Assembly (NCBI GenBank): GCA_963792535.1
Contig: CAWBWQ010000001.1
Location: 256,001-320,000 of the forward strand
DNA length: 64,000 bases
Source: an uncultured Phycisphaerales bacterium
GTDB lineage: Bacteria > Planctomycetota > Phycisphaerae > Tepidisphaerales > Tepidisphaeraceae
Reading direction: 5' to 3'
Made by a program: the position numbers and the translations under genes
The notes under the pieces: model-generated
Database searches by the model: none
What the model was told of the DNA's origin: nothing
Seen by the model: only the letters and a program-made list of their open reading frames with translations
Shown: piece by piece, positions 53,394-64,000 of the stretch
Layout: the number at the start of each line of letters is the position of its first letter
How positions within the stretch are numbered: the stretch's first letter is position 1

Positions 53394-53417
53394 CGACTCG
53401 ACTAAGCTCGTCGAAGT
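53394..53417 (-). repeat. 24-bp mini palindromic element
   Basis: ACTTCGACGAGCTTAGTCGAGTCG, similar to the insertion at 48305..48326. Confidence 0.6.
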
Positions 53418-53539
53418 CCAGCCGTAGGCTAAACTGATTCTGCGCAGGATTTGCAGTCCGCAGACTTGCGGTGATCAGACCTGCGGTCGGCAGATCAAGC
53501 CGATCGAATTCCAGTCGCGGACAAAGAAGCTGATCTGGG

Positions 53540-56099
53540 TTAGGATTGATCCGCAGTGGGGATAGCACTCAAGAAAGAGAAACCCTGCCACGCGCCGGGC
53601 GTAGCGCTGGACGAGAGTTTCAGCATGATGATTTTAATCTCGATTCGGATTGAATCTGGCGGTTGAAGACAAGTACTTCGATCGATCACCGAGCCGTCAG
53701 TGGGCCGGCACTGGTCTTCCACGCCCCATGTCTTATTCGGCTGCGGGCCCAGCACCAGGTCCAGAGTTCCGCCGGCTGCGATTTCGGAATAATTCAGCCA
53801 GCAGCGGTTGAACGGCTTGCCGTTGAAGGTGGCGGACTGGATATAGATATTCTCGGGCGATTGGTTCTTCGTCGTGATCGTGAAGGTGCCGCCCTTGGTA
53901 TATTTCGGGTCGAGTTTGAGTGTGACCTTATCGAAAAGCGGGGTGAAGACTTCAAAGCGGGGATCGCCTGCGCAGATCTGGTGCAGGCCAATGGCGGCCA
54001 AGGCGTACCAGGCGGACATCTGGCCGCAATCGTCGTCGCCGGGCATGCCTTCGGGGCCGGGGAGGTAGACCTTCATCGATTCGCGCACCCATTTCTGCGT
54101 CAGCCACGGTGCGCACGGCGCGATTGAACAGAAGGGAGATCAGCTCGGTTGGTTCGTTAACCGGATTGTTATAAGGGTTCCACCACGGCTCCTGACCCCT
54201 TGCGTGGTACGGGTGCGGAATGCCGCTGTAGGGGCTCCACGTGCTGAAGTCCGGCGTGCGCTCGAAGAAGTCGCGCAGCTTTGCAATGAAAAGATCCTTG
54301 CCGCCGTCGAGCTGAATCATGGCGGGCACATCGTAATAGACGGTCCAGCCGGCCTGGTAGACCGTAGCCTCGCGTGTTGTTCCCTCTTCGAGCAGGCCGG
54401 TCCACTTCACGAAGTCGCCTTTGGCGTCTTTGGCACGGAACCAGCCTTTCCACTCGGGCTTGGCGTCGGTGCCTGCCTTGTCGTAGGTCCATGGCGCGTT
54501 GGGATCAAAGATCAGCTTATAGGAGGTGGACTGCTGCTGGTACTTGGCGGCGTCATCCTTCTTTCCCAGCGCCGTGGCGAGCTGCGCCAGGTTCCAGTCA
54601 TCCAGCCCGTACTCTGTGGTTTCGGAGATGTTGCCCGGATTGTAGCCGGTGGGCGCGTAGCCGAATGCTTGCACCGTGTTGACCGAGTCTTCGTAAGCTT
54701 TGGCGATATCGTAGCCGCGAATGCCTTTCTGGTAGGCGTCGTTAATGACGGCGACCTCCGGGTTACCGATCATGACACCGCTATAGTGGCCCATGATTTC
54801 CCATCGGTCGTAGTAGTGGGTGCCGTTGGTTTCGGCGAGACTCAGCATGCTGTTGATTTGATCATTGACCACGGTGGGATCGAGCAAAGTCAAGAGCGGA
54901 AACTCGCTGCGGTACACGTCCCAACCGCTGAAGATGGTCCGGTTCGTAAACCCGTCCGCATGGTGGGGCTTGAAGTCTCCTCCGGGATAATTCCCATCCA
55001 AGTCCTGGTCGATTTGCGGAAACTGCAGAGCGCGATAGAGGGCGCTATAATAGATCGTTTTATTGTCCTCCGTGCCGCCCTCTACCGCGAGGCGGCCGAT
55101 CTCCCTGGACCAGGCGTCGCGCGCCTGCTGATGGATTTTATCGAAGTCCCAATCGGAAATCTCAGCGGAGAGATTGGCCCGGGCTCCGGCGATACTGACG
55201 AAGGAGATGCCGGATTTGACCAGGACGGTATCGCCGGCCTTGGTGGGAAACTCCGTGTAAAATCCGAGGTGAGCGCCTTCCATGTCCTTGGCGCTCGGCG
55301 TTACCTTCGCGGCCTTGCAAGCTGCCACAAAGGAAGCACTGCTGTTGTTGATGGCCCGGCTCATCTTGAAACCGGGCGTTGTCCACTCCGGCGACAGCGC
55401 GGCATCTCACATGCCTGACTTGACGAACGGCTTGCTGAATTCCAAGTGGTAATAGGCTGTGTAAGTACAGTGCCACCCTCCGCCGGCCGGCGTGTAGTCG
55501 ATCTGGCCTTCGATTGTGTGATCATCTACCACTTTGCAGGTCTGGTGGAACGACGTCCCGCCGTTGCGGTGGGAGAGGTCTATCTGGATGCGTGACTGCT
55601 GGTTCTCCGGAAACGTGAAGCGCAGGATGCCGCTGTGCGGAGCGACGGTCATTTCCGCGCGCGCCTGGTACTCGTCCAATGTGACAGCGTAATAGCCTGC
55701 AGTCGCCTGCTCGGTAGACTTGGAATAATTCGAACCGTAGCGCTCGCCGGGTTTACCTCCGCCCCAGAAGGTATTCAGCGGGCCGGTTGTAGGAGTCACC
55801 AGAACATTGCCAAGCTCGCCGCCGTCCGCGCCGCCCAGGTGGGTGAAGCTAAAGCCCTGAATAAACTTACCGCCGTAGCGATAGCTGATGTTCCCGCCGT
55901 TATCAGGGCTGAGCTTCACCATGCTGAACGGAACGGTAGCGCCGGGGAAATCCTTGCCCATGTGGCCGGTGCCAATGAACGGATCAATATAGTCAATCGC
56001 GTCTTTGGCTTGGAGTGTCGAAAGAGAGAGACCGACAGATGCCAGGAAGGTCAGCATCACCAGGTTAGCACGTTTCAAGTAATTTTTATGAGATATCAT
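53540..56099 (-). CDS. GH92 alpha-mannosidase (frameshifts ~55405, ~54115; 3' end uncertain)
   Basis: YIDPFIGT, PGATVPF, GFSFTH, FSGWDVYR, NEP, GDDDCGQMSAWY. Confidence 0.9.
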
Positions 56100-56127
56100 G
56101 GTTCAACTCAAAAGAGGTTGGCTGGGC

Positions 56128-58522
56128 TTATTTCAAGCCCCAGTTCTTATTAGGCTGCGGTCCGAGGACGAGGTCGAGAGTTCCCCCGGCTGTTATTTCG
56201 GAATAGCTCAACCAGCAGCGATCAAGGGGTTGACCATTGAGCGAAGCCGACTGGATATAGATATCTTTGGGAGAATTATGTTTAGCCGTAATCGTAAAGC
56301 TTCCTCCTTTGGTATAGGTGGGATCGAGCTTTAAGGTTGCTTTGTCAAAGACGGGCGTAAAAATCTCGAACCGTGGATTCCCTGGACACGACTGATGCAT
56401 GCCTATGGCACAAAGGGCATACCATGCCGACATTTGCCCCGTATCATCGTCTCCGGGCATGCCTTCGGGTCCGGTTAAAAAAACCTTTTCCGATTGGAGT
56501 ACCCATTTTTGTGTCAGCCAGGGAGCGCCCGACCAGTTGAATAAAAAGGGAATGAGTTCCGTGGGTTCGTTAACGGGATTATTATAGCAATTCCACCAGG
56601 GCTCCTGCCCCTTCTTGTGGTAGGGGTTTTTAGTGCCGCTATAGGGACTCCAGGTGGTAAAGTCGGGGGCTCTGCTAAAAAAATCATCCAGCTTCGCTGT
56701 GAAGAGTTCTTTGCCCCCGTTTAACTCGATCATCCCCGGAATATCATGGTACGCGGTCCAGCCTGCCTGATAGACGGTTGCTTCGCGGGTGGTCCCTTCT
56801 TCGAGCAGTCCCGTCCACGGCACGAAGTCGCCCTTGCCATTGCGAGCGCGGAACCAGCCTTTCCAGTCTGGGTGGGAATCGAGGCCGGCGCGGTCGTAGG
56901 TCCAGGCCTGTTGTGGATCGAACAGTTGCTTATAGTTAGTCGAGAGCTGTAGATATTTTGCAGCATCGTCTTTGTTTCCGACTGCATTTGCGAGCTGCGC
57001 CATGTTCCAGTCACAAAGCGAATATTCCATCGTTTCGGAAATGTTTCCCGGAGTATATCCCTGTTTCGACGTACCGTACTTCACCGTGCTATTTACAGCG
57101 ATTTTATATGCCTCTGGCAAATCAAAGTTTCGAATCCCTTTCTGGCAGGCATCGTTAACAACGATGATCTCGGGATTGCCAATCATGCACTGGGTGTAGC
57201 AGCCCATGATTTCCCACCGGTTATAAAGATTGGTGCCATTGGCCTTAGCGAGAGATATCATGCTGTTGATCTGATCATTCACCACCGTCGGATCGATCAA
57301 GGTGAGCAAAGGGTACTCGCTGCGGTAAACATCCCACCCGCTGAAAATCGTCCGGTTGGTAAAACCGTTCGCGCGGTGAACCTGTCCGTCACCGCCGGTA
57401 TAGTTGCCGTCTACATCTCCAAAGGTCTGCGGGAACTGTAAAGCGCGATAAAGCGCAGCTGTAGTAGATCGTTTTGTCGTCCTCGCTGCCGCCTTCTACA
57501 GCCAAACGGCCAATTTCCTGCGACCAGGCGTCCCGCGCCTTTTGATGCAGCTTATCAAAATCCCAGTCGGGAATTTCAGCCGTAAGATTCGCCCGGGCAC
57601 CCGCCAAACTAACGAAGGATATACCGGCTTTAACTTCTACCGAATCACCCGCTTTAGTGGGAAACTCACTATAAAAGCCAATATGTTGGCCTTCCATTTC
57701 TTTACAATCGGGGGTGACCTGTGCGTTTTTACAGGCCTCCGCGAAACTGGGAGTATTAATGCCAACTGTCTTGCCCATCTTGAAGGACGGCGCCTGCCAT
57801 TCGGGAGGCAGAGTCGCACTCCAGACGCCTGACTTAATGAACGGCTTACTAAATTCCATATGGTAGAAGACGTTGTAGTGACACCCGCCGCCAAAAGTCC
57901 AGCCTCCCCAACCCTCCTTGAATTGAATCTCGCCTTCGATGGTGTGATCGTTCACGACTTTCACACTTTGATGGAAAGAGGAACCTCCATTGCGGTGCGA
58001 AAGGTCAATTTGTATGCGGGACTGTTCATTCTCGGGAAACGTAAAGCGCAGCATACCGCTGTGTGCCGCTGCGGTCGCTTCGGCACGAACCTGATAGTCG
58101 GCCAGGGTCACAGCATAGTAACCGGCCGAGGCATGTTCGGTGGATTTCGCGAAACTCGAAGAATATCCGTGAACCTTGTCGACTGTGTTCCAATACGTAT
58201 GCAAAGGGCCCGTTGTGGCCGAGACTAAAACATTGCCTAATTCGGCTCCGTCCGCTCCACCAAGGTGGGTAAAGCTAAAACCCTGAATCGTAGAGTCTGA
58301 ATAGTAATAGAGCCCGCCGTGACCGGTATCGGGGCTCAGTTTTACCATGCTGAACGGGATTGTCGCACCAGGAAAATCTTTTCCTTGATGTCCGGTGCCG
58401 ATGAATGGGTCGATGTAATCGACCGCATCCTTGGCCTCCAACGACGGAAGATTTATTAACAGCATCGCCAAAACGGCAATGAGCATCAATCGAGGATTAA
58501 GTTGAGCGAGCATTCTTCGCAT
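56128..58522 (-). CDS. GH92 alpha-mannosidase (frameshift ~57458)
   Basis: Same motifs; GDDDTGQMSAWY. Confidence 0.92.
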
Positions 58523-58596
58523 TATATAGTTTTTAAATAAGGGGGTGGAAGCGCCAGACAAAACGATAAAGACCAACGGATAAAGGCAGCAGGGTG

Positions 58597-60975
58597 TTAT
58601 TGCAGTCCCCAGTTCTTATTCGGTTGCGGGCCAAGGACCAGGTCGAGAGTTCCCCCGGCTGTTATTTCGGAATAGCTCAACCAGCAGCGATTCAGCGGTT
58701 GGCCGTTGAGCGTTGCCGATTGAATGTAAACATTCTCCGCGGAATTGTTCGTGGCGGTGATGACGAACGCCTGTCCCTTGGAGTATTTGGCATTGAGATT
58801 CAACGTGACCTTATCGAACAAGGGAGTAAAGATCTCATAGCGGGGATCACCCGGGCACGCCTGCGCCAGGCCGCTTGCGCCCAGGACATACCAGGCGGAG
58901 ACCTGCCCTTCGTCATCATCGCCACAAAGTCCGTTCGGGCTGGCACCGTAAGCCTCCGTGCACAGGCGACGGACCCATTTTTGCGTCAGCCACGGCGCGC
59001 CGGCGCGATTGAAAAGAAACGGAATGAGATGGCTTGGTTCATTCGGCTGGTTGTCGTACGAATTCCATTTGTTGAGCTTGGGTGTGCGGTCAAAGAAATC
59101 GCTCAGCTTGGCGACAAAGAGATCCTTGCCCCCGAGAAGTTGAATCAGACCGGGAATATCGTGAGGGACAAACCAGCCGTTCTGGAAAATAGTCGATTCC
59201 ATTCCGCCGTTGCCGGAAGTCAGCCCCTCCCATGGCACCCAGTTTCCGTTCTTGTTCCTGTTGCAAAACCAACCTTTCCAATCGGGATGATTCGTGTGGC
59301 CGGATTTGTCATATGTCCATGGCGCATCGGGATTGAACATGGCGTGGTATTCCTGCGCCTGATCCAAGTACTTTTTAGCAGCATCGGCTTTACCAAGGGA
59401 ACCGGCCAATTGGGACATGTTCCAGGCTGCAAAATCGTTTTCCAATGGAACCGACACTCCATACTTACCCGATTCATTGCCGTTTTTATCGCAGGTATTG
59501 ACTGAATATTCGTAGGCTTTAGCCAGGTCAAAATTACGGATGCCTTTTTGATAGGCATCATTGATAACAATCACTTCCGGGCTGCCGCACATGCATCCGG
59601 TGTAGGAATTGAACAATTCCCAGCGATCGAAATAGTGGCTACCGTTTTGCTCGGCAAGATCGACGACGCTGTTGATATGATCGTTGATGATGTCGGGAGC
59701 AATGATCGTCAACAGGGGAAACTGGCTGCGGTAGATATCCCAGCCGCTGAAGACCGTGCGTTTAATAAAGCCCTTGGCTTGATGAACCTTCCCATCGGCG
59801 CCGGGATAGTCGCCGTTGACATCAGAGTAGATTCGCGGATCGACCAGCGCGTGGTACATCGAGGTATAGAAAATTGTTTTTTGGTCCTCCGTACCTCCAT
59901 CCACCGATACGCGGCTTAGGGCATGGACCCACAGGTCGTGCGCCTGCCGCCGGGTGGCGTCAAAATCCCAGGTTGGTATTTCCGCGGCCAGGTTGGCGCG
60001 GGCGTTGTCGATACTGACATAAGAAATGCCAGCTTTGAGCAGAATCACATCTTTGTCCTGGGTCGGAAATTCGGCGTAAAAGCCCAGGTGTTGGCCTTCC
60101 TTTTCCCGGCAACCGGGAAGCTTTTCGGCAGCCTGGCAGGCTTTCACCAACTCCGGTTTTGCCGTGCTGGCCGCCCTGTAGTTAGCCGGCAAAGTAGCGC
60201 TCCAAACTCCGAAACTGTTCAGCGGTCGGCTGAATTCCGCGTGGTAATAGAGCGTGTAAGCCACCTTGCCGCCCATAAAGCCGCCACCCTGATGCGTGCA
60301 ATCGATTTGTCCTTCGATGGTATGGTCGTTAACGACCTTTACGGTTTGGTGAAGGGAGGTGCCCCCGATGCGCCGGGCCAGATCGATCTGAATTCTGGCT
60401 GCAGGATCCTTGGAAAACGTAAAGCGAAGAATGCCGCTGCGCGGGGACGCCGTCATCTCCGCTCTCACTTTGTAGTCGGCCAGGGTCACTGCATAGTAAC
60501 CCGCCTCGGCGACTTCGGTATTCTTTGCATAGGAGGAGAGATACCCGGTGCCAGGTTTGTCGGTTTCACCATACCAGGTTTGGAGTGGACCTGTTGTAGG
60601 CATCACCATGAAGTTTCCCAGGTCACCGTTCGCTCCCACGCCACTCAAATGTTGAAAACTGAAACCTTGAATGGTGGAGTGCGGATAACAATAGCCAGCC
60701 CCGTTATCCCCGCCGGTGATGGTGTCCGGGCTTAGCTGGACCATACCCGCGGGCGTACAGGCACCGGGAAAAAGCTTGCCGTGAAACCCATCAAAGTTCG
60801 GGTCCATTGCGGGAAGGCGCGCTCTTTCCTCCTTCGTCGGATTCATGCTGGAAGTACCAATCAAGGGATTGACGTAGTCTGCCGGATCCTTAGCCAGAAC
60901 CACCGCGCAAGATAGAACTAGATTTCCCAGAAGGAAAAAACCCCGAGAGACATTCAGAACCGTTGGCATCTTCAT
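58597..60975 (-). CDS. GH92 alpha-mannosidase
   Basis: Intact 792 aa; YVNPLIGT, FSGWDIYR, NEPS, GDDDEGQVSAWY. Confidence 0.94.
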   Translation of the reverse strand: MKMPTVLNVSRGFFLLGNLVLSCAVVLAKDPADYVNPLIGTSSMNPTKEERARLPAMDPNFDGFHGKLFPGACTPAGMVQLSPDTITGGDNGAGYCYPHSTIQGFSFQHLSGVGANGDLGNFMVMPTTGPLQTWYGETDKPGTGYLSSYAKNTEVAEAGYYAVTLADYKVRAEMTASPRSGILRFTFSKDPAARIQIDLARRIGGTSLHQTVKVVNDHTIEGQIDCTHQGGGFMGGKVAYTLYYHAEFSRPLNSFGVWSATLPANYRAASTAKPELVKACQAAEKLPGCREKEGQHLGFYAEFPTQDKDVILLKAGISYVSIDNARANLAAEIPTWDFDATRRQAHDLWVHALSRVSVDGGTEDQKTIFYTSMYHALVDPRIYSDVNGDYPGADGKVHQAKGFIKRTVFSGWDIYRSQFPLLTIIAPDIINDHINSVVDLAEQNGSHYFDRWELFNSYTGCMCGSPEVIVINDAYQKGIRNFDLAKAYEYSVNTCDKNGNESGKYGVSVPLENDFAAWNMSQLAGSLGKADAAKKYLDQAQEYHAMFNPDAPWTYDKSGHTNHPDWKGWFCNRNKNGNWVPWEGLTSGNGGMESTIFQNGWFVPHDIPGLIQLLGGKDLFVAKLSDFFDRTPKLNKWNSYDNQPNEPSHLIPFLFNRAGAPWLTQKWVRRLCTEAYGASPNGLCGDDDEGQVSAWYVLGASGLAQACPGDPRYEIFTPLFDKVTLNLNAKYSKGQAFVITATNNSAENVYIQSATLNGQPLNRCWLSYSEITAGGTLDLVLGPQPNKNWGLQ

Positions 60976-61021
60976 ACCCTTTGTATTAACTCATACGGTA
61001 GCAATCACAATGCGTTGAGGG

Positions 61022-63599
61022 CTAGCGCTTTTCCGTAAACGACAAGTCAGCGATCGAAAGGGTGTGGATCCCGGTTGGAATCGGCACCGTCCAATGAAGT
61101 GTTGTCTCTGCGTCGCGTTCCAGGCTGGGCTGCTCCTGAGCAACCGACTTTCCATCGACCAGAAGTGACACGCTTGCCGCTCCAGCAAGGCTTCCGATAT
61201 TGCGAACCGTCACTCTGACGGAACACTGGCCTGAGGCATCGACAACCGTCTGGAGATTACGACATTCCAAGAGGGGACCATACCAGCATTTGCTCAGTAT
61301 TGTGCAGTGGTTGTTGCCGCCACTGAAGTGCCAGAGCCAGCCGTCTTTTACAATAGTTTGACCGGGAAAAACCGAACCGTTCGTCGCGGTGAAATCTTCA
61401 GGCGCGCCTGTGGGCGCATTCGCCGTACCAGTCGGTCAACCAGGGCAGGTCGCTTTTCCAGAGCACCTTCGTCGGATTCGCAGCATTCAAAACCCCCTCG
61501 CCCAGGGTGCAAAGTCGGTTGCCTACGACACCGCCACCGTGACCGGTTGCCGGTTTAACGCCGATCTGGGATTCGTAACGGATATTGCCGTCATGGTCGA
61601 CGAAAATATCGCCCGAGCATTCGTGATCACTACACCAGGCCTCGGGAGTTCCGCGCAAATTGGCCGCACCCGCCTTGATCCATTGATGCAGATCGGTGGA
61701 AAGATCGATGCTCCCTTCCTCGATCATGGTGATGTAGCGATAGGGCGCGCCTCCAAACTGGATCGCGGGGATCGCTGGCTCATTCTGAGTATCGATAAAG
61801 CCACCCATTTTCCCAGGAGTTTTTCCCGTGTTGAGAAGCCATGGCTCGCTCCAGTGGATGAAATCTGAGCTCGAGCTCATCTTCTCTCCATGATAGTTAT
61901 ATTCCAGATAAACTTCGTTACTCCCCTTCGGCCAGAGCAGATCGGGGTCTTCAACTGAGCCTTTTGACGCGTCTTTTCGAACAATGGGGTTTGCCGGGCT
62001 TTTGGTCCAATGAACCCCGTCCGTACTCGTGGCCAGACCGATTTCACTACTTGGCGGACCATTCGGCGGAGCCGGGCTTGAGTTCCCCCGGTAGACCATG
62101 TGCCATGTGCCGTTCCGCTCGACCACAGCAGGATTGAACGCGCCTTTGGCATCCCAAGAGCCCGGATCTCCGGGGCGAAGAACAATGCGTGTGCTGTCCG
62201 GATCCCATTTATAAACAAGCTTATTGAGAAGACGAAGGGAGACCGCTCGGAAACTGGCCTGACCTGAGATGCAAAGCAGCACTGGTTGATCCGGTGTGCG
62301 GATATCTGTGAGGTCCCGAAGTGTTATGGTCTTCGTGCCATCAGAGGGAATCATGGTCGCCATCACACAGCCGGACCGGCGCGAATAAGCCAGCTTGAGT
62401 TCGCACGCTGTTCCCGGCTTGAGGGTGATCGGCAGGGAGGCAATCTCCCAGATAATGGCATCGCCCTCCGTGCGTTCGTTCCAGCCTTTGACCTGATAAG
62501 CTTTTGGCGTGACATCGAAGATGGAATAGCGTTGCGGTCCTTGGAGTTTACGTTCGATGCGAAGTTGATTGCGGGTGAGATCCACTGCTGCGTAGAGCTG
62601 TATCCCGTCATCGGCCTGAAATCCGACTCCAACCGCCGAGTCAGCGCCACCCGGTGTAATGCTTGCGGACACCTCTGCCTCGGTTTTCTCGAGATGAACC
62701 GTTTTCTGCACGCCTGAAGCGGGTGCGGTCGCCTCGAGACGGGGATGGCCTCCACCCTGGGAAAACTTCATCGATTGCAGCACCCAGTCGTCCGGATGCG
62801 GGGAGGAGAAATCATCAGAAAACTCCCTGCACGGATAGGGAGGAGGAGATCCCACCACAAAAGAGAAAAAGTTCGAAGGTTGCAGCTTACCGTCCGTTCC
62901 CGCGGCGATGACGCGCCAGCGGTGAGGTCCAGCCGCAAGACCCGAGGTCTGCGAGGTCGTTGCCGAAGCGTCAACCGTGTTCACAACAGAGCCGTCCACC
63001 TCGACTTGATACTTGCTCGCTTGCGGCCACGGTTTCCAGCGCAGAAGTACATTCCCGTCGCTCGAGCATGAGCCGTTCGGAGAGAGCAGAGTGAAGCCGG
63101 TAACCGGCGTCAGGGTGATGCGTTCCAGGGCCAGGGCGGAGCCGCTGGATGAAGCATTCTTTCCCGTCACCTGAAAGCGGAACGAGTAGTTTCCTGACTT
63201 GAGCAGGGTTACGTCGCCGATGGAAATCGTCGCGGAAGATTCGGCGCCGGACCCGTAGCAATCCACGGGGTCACCCACAGGATCATTGTTCGCCGCCAGT
63301 TGAAAAATGCCTTTGTCCGATCCTTTGCGTAGAGCAACATCCACGCGATAAGTTCCTGGTTGATCCACCTGGATGAAGAACTTGGCCCAGGTGCCGTTTC
63401 TGCCCGATTGGAGCAGACTCACGGCAGTTCCGTCTGAATTCTGTTGACGCAGCAGTTGGTTGGGCGGGAAGGAATCGAAAGGAAGCTGGGCGCAGTTTTC
63501 GGAAATCGGCTGCGCGATCTGATCCTGAGCAGCGACTAATGAGGTGCTATAAAAGATCGCAGCGAACAGTGCGAATGTCACCAGCAGGTTTGAATTCAT
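61022..63599 (-). CDS. Secreted multidomain glycosidase: CBM6/35-like + Fn3-like + lectin-like + GH130-like five-bladed propeller + C-terminal Ig/CARDB-like (frameshift ~61415)
   Basis: Signal peptide; AFNPAVV, MVYRG, IGLATSTDGVHWTK, VEDP; C-terminal VTVRNIGSLAG. Confidence 0.7.
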
Positions 63600-64000
63600 A
63601 CAAGAAGTTTCAAAGCAACGTCGGACGAAGTTCTTCATGAGATTATCTATGTCCGGATCGCCGCATCGTTGAAATCCATTTGGCCAGGCGGTGGCATGCG
63701 AGCATACGGCTGCCTCGCGCAAAAACGATAAAAGCCAAGCCCTGTCGTGTCTGAAGATCCTTTGGTTTTGTCAGTTCCGTCGGTAAAAGTGTCCGATTCA
63801 CGCTGCTGATGCTGATTTGCGAGCGGACGAACTGCCCCTCTTGCTCGAAACGCTGATATGGTTCAGCTCTCGGCCATCCGTGACCGCGGCACACTGCCAC
63901 TTCAGCGACAAACGCGAGCCGGGCAAAATTTGTATAGGGCGGTAAACAGCTGCGACCTTTTCAGCTTTAGGAGATCAGGGCGGCACTCTCATTTAGGCAA

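Noticed and set aside
54204..60735. Long plus-strand ORFs (404, 303 and 270 aa)
   Set aside because: Antisense shadows of the GC-rich GH92 genes.
1..64000. CRISPR array, DGR or retron
   Set aside because: No regularly spaced repeat-spacer array, cas gene or reverse transcriptase was seen. The 72-bp and 52-bp duplications do not show adenine-specific mismatches.

Overview
Bacterial chromosomal window, most consistent with Planctomycetota (Phycisphaerae/Tepidisphaerales-like). That assignment is inferred from ATQP-type secreted proteins, a CxxCGYDLRA Zn-ribbon membrane protein, a very long FliD and a short MnmE-like GTPase. Core genes (acs, pyk, dxr-rseP, alkA, dacB, fliD-fliS, M16 peptidase, tmRNA, tRNA-Gly) alternate with glycoside hydrolase genes (GH35, GH106, GH5-like, three GH92, a GH130-like multidomain protein). 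At least 15 genes carry small indels, most likely long-read errors. Four regions stand out. (1) A ~4.57 kb element integrated in the tmRNA 3' end with 22-bp att repeats and matching arm-type sites; it encodes an atypical tyrosine integrase, a rolling-circle HUH Rep, a nuclease-fold-like ORF and a serine recombinase, with a structured non-coding leader before rep. (2) A hypothetical + HEPN(RxxxxH) gene pair directly upstream of rtcB. (3) A 3.2 kb hotspot between two palindromic repeats in which a DNA methylase-Mrr gene is fragmented and interleaved with cargo genes, including a 72-bp duplication of its 3' end. (4) Tiny (17-24 bp) REP-like insertions. Many genes show a leaderless TAnnnT-N6-8-ATG signature. 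No CRISPR array, rRNA or reverse transcriptase was seen. All family calls rest on motif recognition by eye, without database searches.
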